The notes: a model not told the origin generated them from the sequence alone. Positions 39,537 through 48,717 are shown, counted from the first letter of the stretch. The stretch: DNA of 64,000 nt from Gemmatimonadota bacterium (GCA_039586795.1 JBDHJS010000003.1:128001-192000); one strand, 5' to 3'. Numbers and translations: made by a program.

Positions 39537-41969
39537 TCAGTCGGCGCGCAGCACCTCGGCCGCATCGAGCCTCGCGATGCGGCGGGCCGGCAGATAAACG
39601 GCAAGCGACGAGACGCCAAACAGCAGCCCGGCAGCGGCGGCGTAGGTCAGCAGATCGGTGGCGCCAACCTCGAAGAGATAGCGATCCAAAAGCCCTGCGC
39701 ACGGGAGCGCGACGGCGATTCCGCCCGCGACCCCAGCAAAAATGCCTGGAGCCGCCTGTATCAGAATAGACGAAGATGCTCGCGCGGCGGTTGAGCCAAG
39801 GGCAATTCGGATACCCAACTCTCGGGTTCGCTGACTGACGGTCCGCGCCGCCACGCCCGAGATTCCCACCGCCACAAGCACCACGGCGATGACGGCGAAC
39901 AGCATTACCATCAAGGAGCGGTACCGTTCGTCCGCCAGGGATCGGGAAAGGAGTTCCTCCATCGAGGCGACTTCAGATATCGGGAGGGCGCTATCGAGCT
40001 CCCAAACGGCTCTCATCGCGGGTTCCGCCACCAAGCGCGGTTCGATCCGTGTTCTGACAGCGACGGCCAGCGCACCCGGCGGCCGTTGCAGGCGGCTATG
40101 AAACAGCGCTGGCTCCATGGCGTCCTCTTGACCGGTCTCGGCGAAATCACCGACAACGCCAACTACCGTCATCAAGCCGTACGGAGTCAGCAGCCCTTTA
40201 CCGAGCGGCGACTCGCTTGGCCAGAACCGCCGTGCCATAGACTCATTCACAACGATGACCCCTGGCGCATCCGCGCGATCGGCTTGCGAAAAGAGTCTGC
40301 CGGCCAGGAGCGGGACGCCGAGCGTCTCGAAGTAACCCGGGTCGACTACGCGGTAGCGCGCGATAGGCGATGACGATGTGAGTCGGCTCTCCAGATCCTC
40401 CGAGCTGACCGATATCGATCCGCGGTTGCTGTAGCTAGTGAACGGAAGGGCCGTGCTCGACGTGACAGCGGCAACACCCGGGAGCGCGGCCAGCCTTGTC
40501 TGCAACTCGCCGGCGAACATCTCTCTTTGCTCCGCACTCGTGTACCGATAGCCAGGCAAGCTTAGCCGAAACGTCAGGAGGCTCTCTGACCGGAAGCCCG
40601 GGTCTACAGATCGCTGGCGGACAAGGCTTCGGAACAGCAGCCCGGCGCTGACCATGAGAACCATGGACAGCGCCAGCTGACCGATCATGGCTGTGTTCTG
40701 CAGTCGACTGCGGTGACGCGAGACGCGGCGCGAGTTGGCGATCGATCCGTAGTTGTCGCTCCGCGCAAGCGAAAGTGCAGGTGCGAGACCGAAGATGAGC
40801 GTCGTCGCGATCGCAACGGCCAGTGCAAACGCCAAGACACGCCAATCGAACCCGACCTGGTCCAATCGAGAGATGTCCACGGGGGAAAGAACAACGAGTA
40901 CTCGAGTACCCCAGGCCGCCAGCAGGCAGCCGACGAGAGCACCACAACTCGCCAGCAGTGCACTCTCGGTGAGCAACTGCCGCACGATTCGAACTCGGCT
41001 GGCGCCCAGAGCGGAACGAGTCGCGATCTCACCTTCCCGCCAACCGACTTCACCGAGGAGCAGGGCGCCGACGTTCCCGCACGCGATGAGCAACAGCAGA
41101 CACACCGCGCCGAACAACAGAAGCAACGGGACCCGCGCGGCGCCGATCTCGGCCTCCCGGCGAAGCTCCAGCCGTGCGCCGCGCTTCGTCGGGTCGCCAT
41201 CCGCCTGGAAGATCCGCTCGGCCTCCAACTGAGCGTCAGCGAGCGGCCTACCCGGCTGCAGACGTCCGATCGCCTCGAAGTTCAGGCTCTCCGGGTGCAA
41301 ACGCCTTCCGTCCGCACCGACCGGGATCCAGACCGCGGGTCTTCCTCCGCTCGTCTGCGAATACCTCAGCCGCTCGAGCTGGAAACCGGGCGGCAGGACC
41401 CCAACTATGGTATAGCGATCGTCATCGAGCGCGAGAGTCCTGCCGATGACGTTTGCGTCCGCACCGAATCCACTCTCCCATATCTCGTGCGACAGCACGG
41501 CTAGCAGAGGAGCGCCGCCTCCCTCTTCGCCCGGAAGAAACCACCGCCCGACGGACGGAGTGATGCCAAGCAATGGGAGCAGTGACGCCGTTCCAATGCC
41601 GACCGCCACCTCGCGCGGCTCTCCGAGCCCGTTTAGGACGAACGGTCTCACATTGTAGGCCGCAACGTCGCTGAAGAACGTCTGCTGCTCCCTGAGATCG
41701 GCGTAGTCCGGGTAGGAAAGGCCCATCTGGTCCCACGTCGCTTCCATCGTTGGCCGCCCACGCCAGTGGGGGAACGTCTGCCAGATGGCGACCAGCTGGC
41801 CGGGTTCCGTGTACGGGAGTGGACGCATCAGAACGCCATCAACTACGGAGAACATCGCCGTCGTGGCACCGATCCCAATCCCAAGCGCGAGGACGGCTAC
41901 CGCGCTAAACGCCGGACGGCGCCGCATCTGACGGAGGGCGAAACGCAGATCCTGAAGAAGAAAGCCCAT
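39537..41969 (-). CDS. ABC transporter permease, duplicated MacB/FtsX (ADOP-type)
   Basis: QDLRFALRQM, GIGATTAMFSVV, LLIACGNV, RELGIRIALG, PARRIARLD. Alternative start at 41984. Confidence 0.93.
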   Translation of the reverse strand: MGFLLQDLRFALRQMRRRPAFSAVAVLALGIGIGATTAMFSVVDGVLMRPLPYTEPGQLVAIWQTFPHWRGRPTMEATWDQMGLSYPDYADLREQQTFFSDVAAYNVRPFVLNGLGEPREVAVGIGTASLLPLLGITPSVGRWFLPGEEGGGAPLLAVLSHEIWESGFGADANVIGRTLALDDDRYTIVGVLPPGFQLERLRYSQTSGGRPAVWIPVGADGRRLHPESLNFEAIGRLQPGRPLADAQLEAERIFQADGDPTKRGARLELRREAEIGAARVPLLLLFGAVCLLLLIACGNVGALLLGEVGWREGEIATRSALGASRVRIVRQLLTESALLASCGALVGCLLAAWGTRVLVVLSPVDISRLDQVGFDWRVLAFALAVAIATTLIFGLAPALSLARSDNYGSIANSRRVSRHRSRLQNTAMIGQLALSMVLMVSAGLLFRSLVRQRSVDPGFRSESLLTFRLSLPGYRYTSAEQREMFAGELQTRLAALPGVAAVTSSTALPFTSYSNRGSISVSSEDLESRLTSSSPIARYRVVDPGYFETLGVPLLAGRLFSQADRADAPGVIVVNESMARRFWPSESPLGKGLLTPYGLMTVVGVVGDFAETGQEDAMEPALFHSRLQRPPGALAVAVRTRIEPRLVAEPAMRAVWELDSALPISEVASMEELLSRSLADERYRSLMVMLFAVIAVVLVAVGISGVAARTVSQRTRELGIRIALGSTAARASSSILIQAAPGIFAGVAGGIAVALPCAGLLDRYLFEVGATDLLTYAAAAGLLFGVSSLAVYLPARRIARLDAAEVLRAD

Positions 41970-42041
41970 CGGAAATCCTGTCATGTCGGGCGGCTGGGGC
42001 GATTGCCGTTACAGCCGGATTAGATCATGACAGAAGGAGAA

Positions 42042-42076
42042 GGGTTGGCATGCCCGGAACACAGCCATGCCAACCC
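42042..42076 (-). terminator. Intrinsic terminator
   Basis: GGGTTGGCATG...CATGCCAACCC 11-bp stem followed on the minus strand by TTCTCCTTCT. Confidence 0.65.
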
Positions 42077-42100
42077 GACAAGCAGTAGAACGGTGAACGA

Positions 42101-42679
42101 CTATCCACCGCAGTTCATCACGCTCGATCCGCTTGGGTGCATGTAGTAGCTGCAGTTTCCGTCGCCCCCGATTGAGCCAAACGGCGTCCGCCGCGTGTAT
42201 CCGCTACCGCCCGTAGCCGCCATCGCGGCCGCCAGGTTGAACAGCGCCGGACCGCCCTCGTAACCGCCGATCCCTTCCCAGTTGAGCCAGTAGCGACCCG
42301 GGTTCACGTACCCGAAGATCCCTCTCAGGAATTCCACTTCCTGCATGTGGATCTCGCGCCCATTGATGAACACGTTCGTGCCGCCACCTGACGCATCCGG
42401 TTGAAGTTGACCGCCGAGCTGTAGGTAGGGGAGGATTTGGCCTTGCGTCGGACCGCCCTCCATCCCCCAGAGCCCGGACACCGGGTCGTACCAGTATCGG
42501 CCCGGAGGGATTTCAACCTGGGCGTTCTCCGGAATTCCCAGGCCCGTCTGCAGATCCTTGATCTGCTGGGCAGTCACCTTCTGACCGTTGATGATCACTT
42601 CCGGCTCTTGTGACTGAGAAACGCCGCACGCCAGAAGACATGTGCCCACCACCGCCGCCGCCAGTCCGTTCGCTCGCAT
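42101..42679 (-). CDS. Hypothetical lipoprotein with duplicated ING...PGRYW motif (plant XLG/EDR4-like domain)
   Basis: GGAGG RBS, lipobox LLAC; VIING...PPGRYWYDPVSGLWG.EGGP and VFINGREI...PGRYWLNWEG..GYEGGP. Confidence 0.8.
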   Translation of the reverse strand: MRANGLAAAVVGTCLLACGVSQSQEPEVIINGQKVTAQQIKDLQTGLGIPENAQVEIPPGRYWYDPVSGLWGMEGGPTQGQILPYLQLGGQLQPDASGGGTNVFINGREIHMQEVEFLRGIFGYVNPGRYWLNWEGIGGYEGGPALFNLAAAMAATGGSGYTRRTPFGSIGGDGNCSYYMHPSGSSVMNCGG

Positions 42680-42919
42680 AGCCACCTCCAGCTAATGACT
42701 GAGCTTCGTGGATATATGCTTGGGCCAAGACCCGGGCCGGTGCTTTTCAGCTGTTTAGCATAGCGTTCCGCGAATCGGCGCGCCACGTAGTCACCGCCTG
42801 CTTCGGTGTCGATTTCGGTATGAAGCGCTTCGGAGATGGACAGCACGCCGTAGGCGGGAACGACCCCGTCACTTTCGCCGCGATCGGCGTCCTGCTTGAG
42901 TAGGTAGAGATAAGAAAAG

Positions 42920-42953
42920 AGGGTCGCGGGGGTAAACCTCCACCCGCGACCCT
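42920..42953 (-). terminator. Intrinsic terminator of the tRNA cluster
   Basis: AGGGTCGCGGG...CCCGCGACCCT stem followed on the minus strand by CTTTTCTT. Confidence 0.8.
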
Positions 42954-42973
42954 AAGATGCCTACAACTTGAAG

Positions 42974-43047
42974 AGCGGGAGACGGGACTCGAACCCGCGA
43001 CCCTCAGCTTGGAAGGCTGATGCTCTGGCCAACTGAGCTACTCCCGC
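42974..43047 (-). tRNA. tRNA-Gly(TCC)
   Basis: GCGGGAGTAGCTCAGTTGGCCAGAGCATCAGCCTTCCAAGCTGAGGGTCGCGGGTTCGAGTCCCGTCTCCCGCT. Confidence 0.97.
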
Positions 43048-43079
43048 AACACGTATCTACTCGACCATCACCTACGACA

Positions 43080-43153
43080 TGGGGCGGGAGGGACTCGAAC
43101 CCCCGACCTCTGCGATGTGAGCGCAGCGCTCTAGCCAGCTGAGCTACCGCCCC
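43080..43153 (-). tRNA. tRNA-Val(CAC)
   Basis: GGGGCGGTAGCTCAGCTGGCTAGAGCGCTGCGCTCACATCGCAGAGGTCGGGGGTTCGAGTCCCTCCCGCCCCA. Confidence 0.97.
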
Positions 43154-43197
43154 TACTGTGTTGACTACGGCTTACTGCTTACCGTTTAACGACTTAG

Positions 43198-43270
43198 AGC
43201 GGGAGACGGGTCTCGAACCCGCGACCTCGAGCTTGGGAAGCTCGCGCTCTACCAACTGAGCTACTCCCGC
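43198..43270 (-). tRNA. tRNA-Gly(CCC)
   Basis: GCGGGAGTAGCTCAGTTGGTAGAGCGCGAGCTTCCCAAGCTCGAGGTCGCGGGTTCGAGACCCGTCTCCCGCT. Confidence 0.97.
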
Positions 43271-43421
43271 GTAGAACCGCCGGCGGCGCCGACCGGGGCA
43301 TGGAAATTTGCCGAGAGCGGCCTGAAATACAAGTCCTCCGAACCTGTGGTTGCAGGGATCCAACACCAAAGCTAACCTGACATCGTCCCTAACCACGCTG
43401 ACCTCGTGCAAGGATGGCCCC

Positions 43422-44411
43422 ATGAACACGCTCGCCAGAGCGGCGGCCGCCGTTCCACTGCTGGCAGCAATGGCCGTGCCAGCGACCGCCCAAAAAGTCG
43501 ATATCGTCGAGTGGAAAGTGCCGTGGGAGAATACGCGGCCTCGTGATCCCTACGTCCATAGCGCGAGCCAGGTTTGGTTCGTCGGTCAACGAGGGGATTA
43601 CGTCGCCTACCTCGAGCCCGCGACGGGCGAGTTCAAGCGCTACGAGCTGGAAGCGGGCGCCGGTCCTCACAACCTGATCGTCGAAGAGAGCGGTACCGTT
43701 TGGTACGCCGGAAATCGCGCCTCTCACATCGGCAAACTCGACCCGATGACCGGGGACATCGTGAAGTACCCGATGCCGAATCCGGCCGCTCGCGACCCAC
43801 ACACACTCATATTCAACAGCGAAGGCGACATCTGGTTCACCGTGCAAGGCGGCAACTTCGTCGGCCTGCTCGATACAGGGAGTGGCGAAGTGCAACTCGT
43901 CGCCGTGCCGACGGAGCGCGCACGTCCGTACGGCATCCTCGTCGACTCGAACGACCGCCCGTGGATCGTCGAGTTCGGCACCCACAAGATCTCCACCGTC
44001 GACCCGAACACAATGGAGCTCGAAGAGATCGCACTTCCACGCGCAGAGGCGCGTCCGCGTCGATTGGCTATAACCTCTGACGGTTCCGTCTGGTATGTGG
44101 ACTATGCCCAGGGATTCTTGGGCCGCCTGGACCCGAAAACGCATGAGGTTGAAGAGTGGGCAACGCCCAGCGGCGCCTCCTCGCGCCCCTACGCCATGGC
44201 CTCCGACGACAAGGACCGGGTGTGGTTCGTGGAAAGCGGCGTACAGCCAAACCTTCTCGTCGGCTTCGACCCGAGGACGCAGGAGTTCTTCAGCATCACC
44301 GAGATCGAGAGCGGCGGCGGCACGGTGCGGCACATGGTGTTCTACGAGCCGACGCGCGAGATCTGGTTCGGGACGGATACAAACACGATCGGTAGAGCTC
44401 GGGTACCCTAG
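43422..44411 (+). CDS. Exported Vgb (virginiamycin B lyase)-like beta-propeller
   Basis: Signal peptide (ATA-Q); about 7 repeats of the P..I.....G.VW.......IG.LDP.TG type. Confidence 0.88.
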   Translation: MNTLARAAAAVPLLAAMAVPATAQKVDIVEWKVPWENTRPRDPYVHSASQVWFVGQRGDYVAYLEPATGEFKRYELEAGAGPHNLIVEESGTVWYAGNRASHIGKLDPMTGDIVKYPMPNPAARDPHTLIFNSEGDIWFTVQGGNFVGLLDTGSGEVQLVAVPTERARPYGILVDSNDRPWIVEFGTHKISTVDPNTMELEEIALPRAEARPRRLAITSDGSVWYVDYAQGFLGRLDPKTHEVEEWATPSGASSRPYAMASDDKDRVWFVESGVQPNLLVGFDPRTQEFFSITEIESGGGTVRHMVFYEPTREIWFGTDTNTIGRARVP

Positions 44412-44986
44412 TGATGTTTCAGTATTCGATGGTCGCGGTTGTGTTGGGCATCGCGGGTCTCACTGGCGCGTTGCGATCCGGCTACACAGACGGCCCCTTG
44501 CCCGGACACACCGGTGGATTCGGTGAGCCCACATGTCATGCGTGCCATTTTGAAGAGGCGATCAACGACCCGGCGGGCTCGCTCAATCTGAGGGGGATCG
44601 AAGACGGCCGGTTCGTTCCCGGCCGCCGTTACCGTCTGACCGTCGAACTCGAACGACCTGAGATGCGGCTAGCTGGATTCCAGCTCGCGGTTCGCTTCGC
44701 CAGCGAACCGCGAGCCGCCGAACAGGCAGGCTCGCTGACGGCGATCGATTCGCTGGCCTCCGTGATCGTATGGGGAGATCCGCCGGTTCAGTACGCCCGG
44801 CATACCGCCTCGGGCTCCGACAACGTGAAGATGGGAAAGGCCATGTGGGCGGTCGATTGGATCGCGCCAGTGGAGGCCGCCGACCTGGTCATCCACGTCG
44901 CCGCGAACGCGGCCAACGACGATGCCTCCGAGTTCGGTGACTACATCTACGTGGACAGCCTCGTTCTAGCCCCAGCGGACCGATAG
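44411..44986 (+). CDS. Exported Reeler-like (choice-of-anchor V-type) protein with a CxxCH motif
   Basis: N-terminal hydrophobic segment, GP..GHTGGFGEPTCHACH, PGRRYRLTV, GFQL, W..DWIAP, AANAANDD...GDYIY; GTG overlaps the upstream stop (ATG 44414 is an alternative). Confidence 0.8.
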   Translation: MMFQYSMVAVVLGIAGLTGALRSGYTDGPLPGHTGGFGEPTCHACHFEEAINDPAGSLNLRGIEDGRFVPGRRYRLTVELERPEMRLAGFQLAVRFASEPRAAEQAGSLTAIDSLASVIVWGDPPVQYARHTASGSDNVKMGKAMWAVDWIAPVEAADLVIHVAANAANDDASEFGDYIYVDSLVLAPADR

Positions 44987-45029
44987 CACCGTCTACCGTC
45001 CACCGTCTACCTAATACCCTACTCCCTAC
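44987..45029. repeat. Heptamer tandem repeat plus GTAGGGAGTAG motif
   Basis: CACCGTC TACCGTC CACCGTC TACCTAA, then CTACTCCCTAC, between convergent genes. Confidence 0.55.
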
Positions 45030-45804
45030 GGCCAACCGGTATCTCGTGCCTCCCGAAATTGTACGTCCCCACTTCCCCGACAATCACTTCCACCGTCAGG
45101 TCCCCACGAGCGGAGGCCGGTACTTCAATCGTCCCCTCGAACACGCTCGGGTCGCCGGCATATTCGAGCTCAGCCGTGGCGATGACTCGCCCGTTCGCTT
45201 TGAGCCTTGCCAGGAAACTCTTCACGTCCGCGTCCCACATGCCTTCCGGCGTAATCGTACAACCGCACATCATGCGGACACGGGCCTTCACTTCGAGTTC
45301 TTCACCCACGGGATCGAGAGGCTCCGGCGTGAGGATCTCGACGATGAAGCCGTGGAGCTCCAGCGTCACGCCCTCACCGACCATGTCCTGCCCCGGCACA
45401 AGAAGTATCTGCTTGGACGCCGATCGCATCGCCTGCGGGTATTCCAGGGGACCGACAGCTGAAATATTGACAACCGTCGGTGCGGACAGCTGCAGCTCCG
45501 CCAGGAATCCCGCCGCCCCTTCTGTGTCGTAGAGGGTCATCCCGCGCTCGCGAGGCGTCGACATGATGAGATCCGTGCGTCCGGTACCGCCTTTCTGAAC
45601 TCCCTCGGCCAACACCGCACCCGTAGCGGCGTTTACGATCGTCACCTTCGCGCCGCCAACACCGCTACCGATGATCTTCGCGTCGCGAGCGGTCACCCGA
45701 ACCATCACCCTCGTCGTTACCGCATCCTGTGCCATGGCGCTCGAAGCGGTGAGTCCAATGACGGCCGCCAATACGGACAACCGGCGAGTGGCACGTGTTC
45801 GCAT
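45019..45804 (-). CDS. Secreted hypothetical protein with MMCGC motif
   Basis: GGAGG RBS; signal peptide (AMA-Q); beta-rich; ARDAKIIGSGVGG and VRMMCGCTI..GMWD. Confidence 0.82.
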   Translation of the reverse strand: MRTRATRRLSVLAAVIGLTASSAMAQDAVTTRVMVRVTARDAKIIGSGVGGAKVTIVNAATGAVLAEGVQKGGTGRTDLIMSTPRERGMTLYDTEGAAGFLAELQLSAPTVVNISAVGPLEYPQAMRSASKQILLVPGQDMVGEGVTLELHGFIVEILTPEPLDPVGEELEVKARVRMMCGCTITPEGMWDADVKSFLARLKANGRVIATAELEYAGDPSVFEGTIEVPASARGDLTVEVIVGEVGTYNFGRHEIPVGRRE

Positions 45805-45844
45805 CACTGCCTCCAGGATGAATCCCTCTGTCTGAACGAGAGGC

Positions 45845-46840
45845 CTACCAGCGGATGAGCGCGGCGCCCCAGGTGAATCCACTTCCGAATGCGGTCAGGC
45901 ACACCAGGTCGCCCTGCTTGATCCGACCTTCCTCCACGGCCTCGTGGAGTGCGATGGGAATGCTGGCGGCCGTGGTGTTTCCGTACTTGTGAATGTTGCT
46001 CATCACCTTGTCGTCGGGGAGGCCCAGCTGCTTCTGCACGGCCTGCGTGATCCGGTAGTTCGCCTGGTGCGGTATCACGAGGTCGATGTCCTCCAGCGAC
46101 AGGCCCGTGGCCTCCAGCGCCTCTTTCACCGCCTGTGGCATCCGTACCGATGCATGCTTGAAGACCTCCCTCCCCTCCATGATCGGCTTGGTGAGACCCT
46201 CCTCGATCATGCCCGGCACCAGCCACGGGTTGTACCGCGAGCCAGGGGCTTCCATCCACAGCTTCTCCGCGTACTTGCCGTCTGCATGGATGTTCACGGC
46301 CAGCACGCCCCGATCCCCGTCTTCCACCGGGCCCAGTACCACCGCGCCAGCACCGTCACCAAACAGCACCGCCGTGTCACGCCCCTCCGTGGTCTTCACC
46401 AATCCGGTGGAGTGCACCTCGCTCCCGACCAGCAAAATCCGCTTGTAGACGCCGGTCCGGATCCAGGCATCCGCAATCGAAAGCCCGTAAATGAAGCCAG
46501 AGCATTGGTTTCGGACGTCCAGGCAGGGAATGCCTGAAATGCCCAACTTTCTCTGCAGAAACACGCCCGCGCCCGGGAAATACACGTCCGGGCTCAGCGT
46601 GGCGACGATCAGGCAATCGAGCTCGGAGGCCTCCAGCTCGGCCGCCTCCAGAGCCCGTCGCGCCGCCTCCACCCCCAGATCCGAGCTTCCGACTCCGCCC
46701 TCGACCCACCGACGCTCCTCGATCCCCGAGCGCTGGCGAATCCACTCGTCGCTGGTATCCATCATCTGCTCGAGATCATGGTTGGTTACGACACGATCGG
46801 GTACATAAAAACCGGTTGATAGGATCTGCGTATGTGGCAT
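45845..46840 (-). CDS. fabH: 3-oxoacyl-ACP synthase III
   Basis: DTSDEWIRQRSGI, NQCSGFIY (catalytic Cys), LFGDGAGA, PHQAN, YGNTTAASIP, FGSGFTWG. Confidence 0.95.
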   Translation of the reverse strand: MPHTQILSTGFYVPDRVVTNHDLEQMMDTSDEWIRQRSGIEERRWVEGGVGSSDLGVEAARRALEAAELEASELDCLIVATLSPDVYFPGAGVFLQRKLGISGIPCLDVRNQCSGFIYGLSIADAWIRTGVYKRILLVGSEVHSTGLVKTTEGRDTAVLFGDGAGAVVLGPVEDGDRGVLAVNIHADGKYAEKLWMEAPGSRYNPWLVPGMIEEGLTKPIMEGREVFKHASVRMPQAVKEALEATGLSLEDIDLVIPHQANYRITQAVQKQLGLPDDKVMSNIHKYGNTTAASIPIALHEAVEEGRIKQGDLVCLTAFGSGFTWGAALIRW

Positions 46841-46947
46841 GGATCACATTGTCGTGGTTTGGTGAGTCATGGATGACTCGCGTGGAATCGATTGATGTGA
46901 TAATCTACCGCGTTCCAGACGTCTTGACGACACTGAGGGAGGAACGG

Positions 46948-47910
46948 TTGGCGAAGCAGAAGGTGGCTGCCGCGAAAGGCCGCAGCCCGTCAAAGAAAGC
47001 CCAGACACAAATCACAGTCAGGCAGGTCCAGGACGCGGCGGAACAAGGCCGGGAGTGGCTGAGTCAGCGCCGGGATTACTTCGGTTTCCTTGCCCGACGT
47101 GACGTGTCCCGGGGGGCTCCCGAGCTGGCCAGGCACCTGCAGGGCGATTTGCGGGCAAAGCAAGGCCGGGACGGAGGGTTCTACGAGGGCGATCTGGAGG
47201 AGACGGCGGAGTCGATCTGGCGTCTGCTGGATCTCGGACTACCGGCCGGGGCCCAGGCGATAGCCGCGGGGCTGGATTGGCTGTACGCCCAGCGGGACCA
47301 GGAAGGCGCCTACGGCGCGGGGTGTACTCCGGCGCGCCATGAGCAGCGGATCTGCGAGCACTTCTTGAGTGGCTTCTTCAGCCCGGGCTATGCGGACGAA
47401 GCGATTGAGGCTGTCCTGGAGAACGGGCAGACCGTGACATCGGACAGTGGCGCTCGGCTGCTCATTTCCGAGCGTGCCCTGCGCGCGGCGCTGCGGGCAA
47501 GTCCAGGCGACCCGCGGGCGACGTCCTCCGTGGCAGGTCTGCGCAACCTCCCGTTGTATCTGGAGTACGGCGGCACCTACACGCCGGCGGTGTTGGTGGG
47601 CGCGCTGCAAGCGCTGGCCTGGGCACCGAGCCCTCGACCCAGCGAGTTGGAGGCCGGCCTGGAATCGCTGGCAGCTGCCCAGGCGAAGGACGGTACGTGG
47701 CCGAAAGTCGAGTTCTTCTTCGTGCTCGAGATGCTGCTCGAGATGCGGCATCCGTTTGCACAGACGCTGCTCAGGAAGGCGACTCCCCGGCTGCTGGAAA
47801 CGCAACACAAGAGCGGAGATTGGGGCCGACACCACCAGGCGGCTCAGACCTGGATCGGCGTCCAGGTATTGGAGCGGGTGGCGCAGGCCATGAGAGGCGG
47901 CGCCAGGTAG
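46948..47910 (+). CDS. Prenyltransferase/squalene-cyclase-repeat-like alpha/alpha protein
   Basis: GGAGG before TTG 46948; repeats Q.RDGGF, WLYAQRDQEGAY, LAAAQAKDGTW, LLETQHKSGDW. Confidence 0.7.
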   Translation: MAKQKVAAAKGRSPSKKAQTQITVRQVQDAAEQGREWLSQRRDYFGFLARRDVSRGAPELARHLQGDLRAKQGRDGGFYEGDLEETAESIWRLLDLGLPAGAQAIAAGLDWLYAQRDQEGAYGAGCTPARHEQRICEHFLSGFFSPGYADEAIEAVLENGQTVTSDSGARLLISERALRAALRASPGDPRATSSVAGLRNLPLYLEYGGTYTPAVLVGALQALAWAPSPRPSELEAGLESLAAAQAKDGTWPKVEFFFVLEMLLEMRHPFAQTLLRKATPRLLETQHKSGDWGRHHQAAQTWIGVQVLERVAQAMRGGAR

Positions 47911-47931
47911 CTGGAAGAGGGGAAAATCCCC

Positions 47932-47960
47932 TTGACGCCTACCAAGCCGAATCTTATGTC
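47932..47960 (+). promoter_or_regulatory. Candidate sigma-70 promoter of the act operon
   Basis: TTGACG-N17-TATGTC, about 50 bp upstream of actA. Confidence 0.35.
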
Positions 47961-48006
47961 TCACGCCGAAACTTATCATCGCAAGCTGCGGACATCCGTC
48001 GGGAGG

Positions 48007-48717
48007 ATGATGCGCACTCGTACGTCGTTCACGGTTAGCCTGATTCTGATTGCCAGCTTCACGCTGGTAGCATTTGTCTTTCGGGCTCAGGCTCCCCGCT
48101 CCGGCACGCCAGCCCTTGCCGCCGCAGCGGTCGTTCAGGCCGGCGATTTCTCGCTCGACCCCGACACGCTGGTCGGTTGGTACGACGGCCCAGCACAGCC
48201 GATCTTCTTCAGCCATCGCCGACACGCCGGCGAGTACGCAATCGAGTGCCTCTACTGTCATAGCAACGCCGACAAGTCGCCTATCGCGCAAATGCCGTCC
48301 GTCGAAGCGTGCTTAGGATGCCATCGCGTGGTCCGAGCCACGAGCTCGGAGATTCAAAAACTGCGTGGCTACGAGACGAACGAGGAACCGATTCCATGGG
48401 AACGGATCTACAAGCTCTCCGACTTCGTGCAGTTCAATCACGGCCGCCACATCCTGGCTGAAGTTGAGTGTCAGGAGTGTCATGGCCAAGTCGAGGAGTA
48501 CGACGTGCTCTGGCAATGGGCGCCGTTGACGATGGGCTGGTGCCTGGAATGTCATCGGCAGCCGGGCGAGGACGAAGAGAAGTTGGCAGCAGCGGCGGCC
48601 AACGCGGCGCGGTTCACCGAGGAAGGACGCGAATCACACGGGCTGTATCCGAAGTCGATCGATTCCGACTACGGGGTGACGAAGGGTCCGATCGACTGCG
48701 CGGCTTGCCACTACTAG
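48007..48717 (+). CDS. actA: Alternative complex III pentaheme cytochrome c subunit
   Basis: N-terminal TM; QPIFFSHRRHAG; five CxxCH (CLYCH, CLGCH, CQECH, CLECH, CAACH); LTMGWC. Confidence 0.93.
   Translation: MMRTRTSFTVSLILIASFTLVAFVFRAQAPRSGTPALAAAAVVQAGDFSLDPDTLVGWYDGPAQPIFFSHRRHAGEYAIECLYCHSNADKSPIAQMPSVEACLGCHRVVRATSSEIQKLRGYETNEEPIPWERIYKLSDFVQFNHGRHILAEVECQECHGQVEEYDVLWQWAPLTMGWCLECHRQPGEDEEKLAAAAANAARFTEEGRESHGLYPKSIDSDYGVTKGPIDCAACHY

Noticed and set aside
19825..43109. 23-bp direct repeat GGAGGGACTCGAACCCCCGACCT at about 19825 and 43087, suggesting attL/attR of a 23-kb island
   Set aside because: Both copies are T-arm regions of complete, different tRNAs (Arg and Val), and no integrase lies between them.
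42974..43270. Near-duplicate sequences resembling a repeat array
   Set aside because: They are two tRNA-Gly isoacceptors flanking tRNA-Val.
43422..44411. Streptogramin B resistance gene (vgb)
   Set aside because: Only the fold is similar. The protein has an export signal and a chromosomal, non-mobile context, so resistance is unsupported.
46948..47910. Squalene-hopene cyclase
   Set aside because: Only about 320 aa and no DxDD catalytic motif; only QW-like repeats are present.
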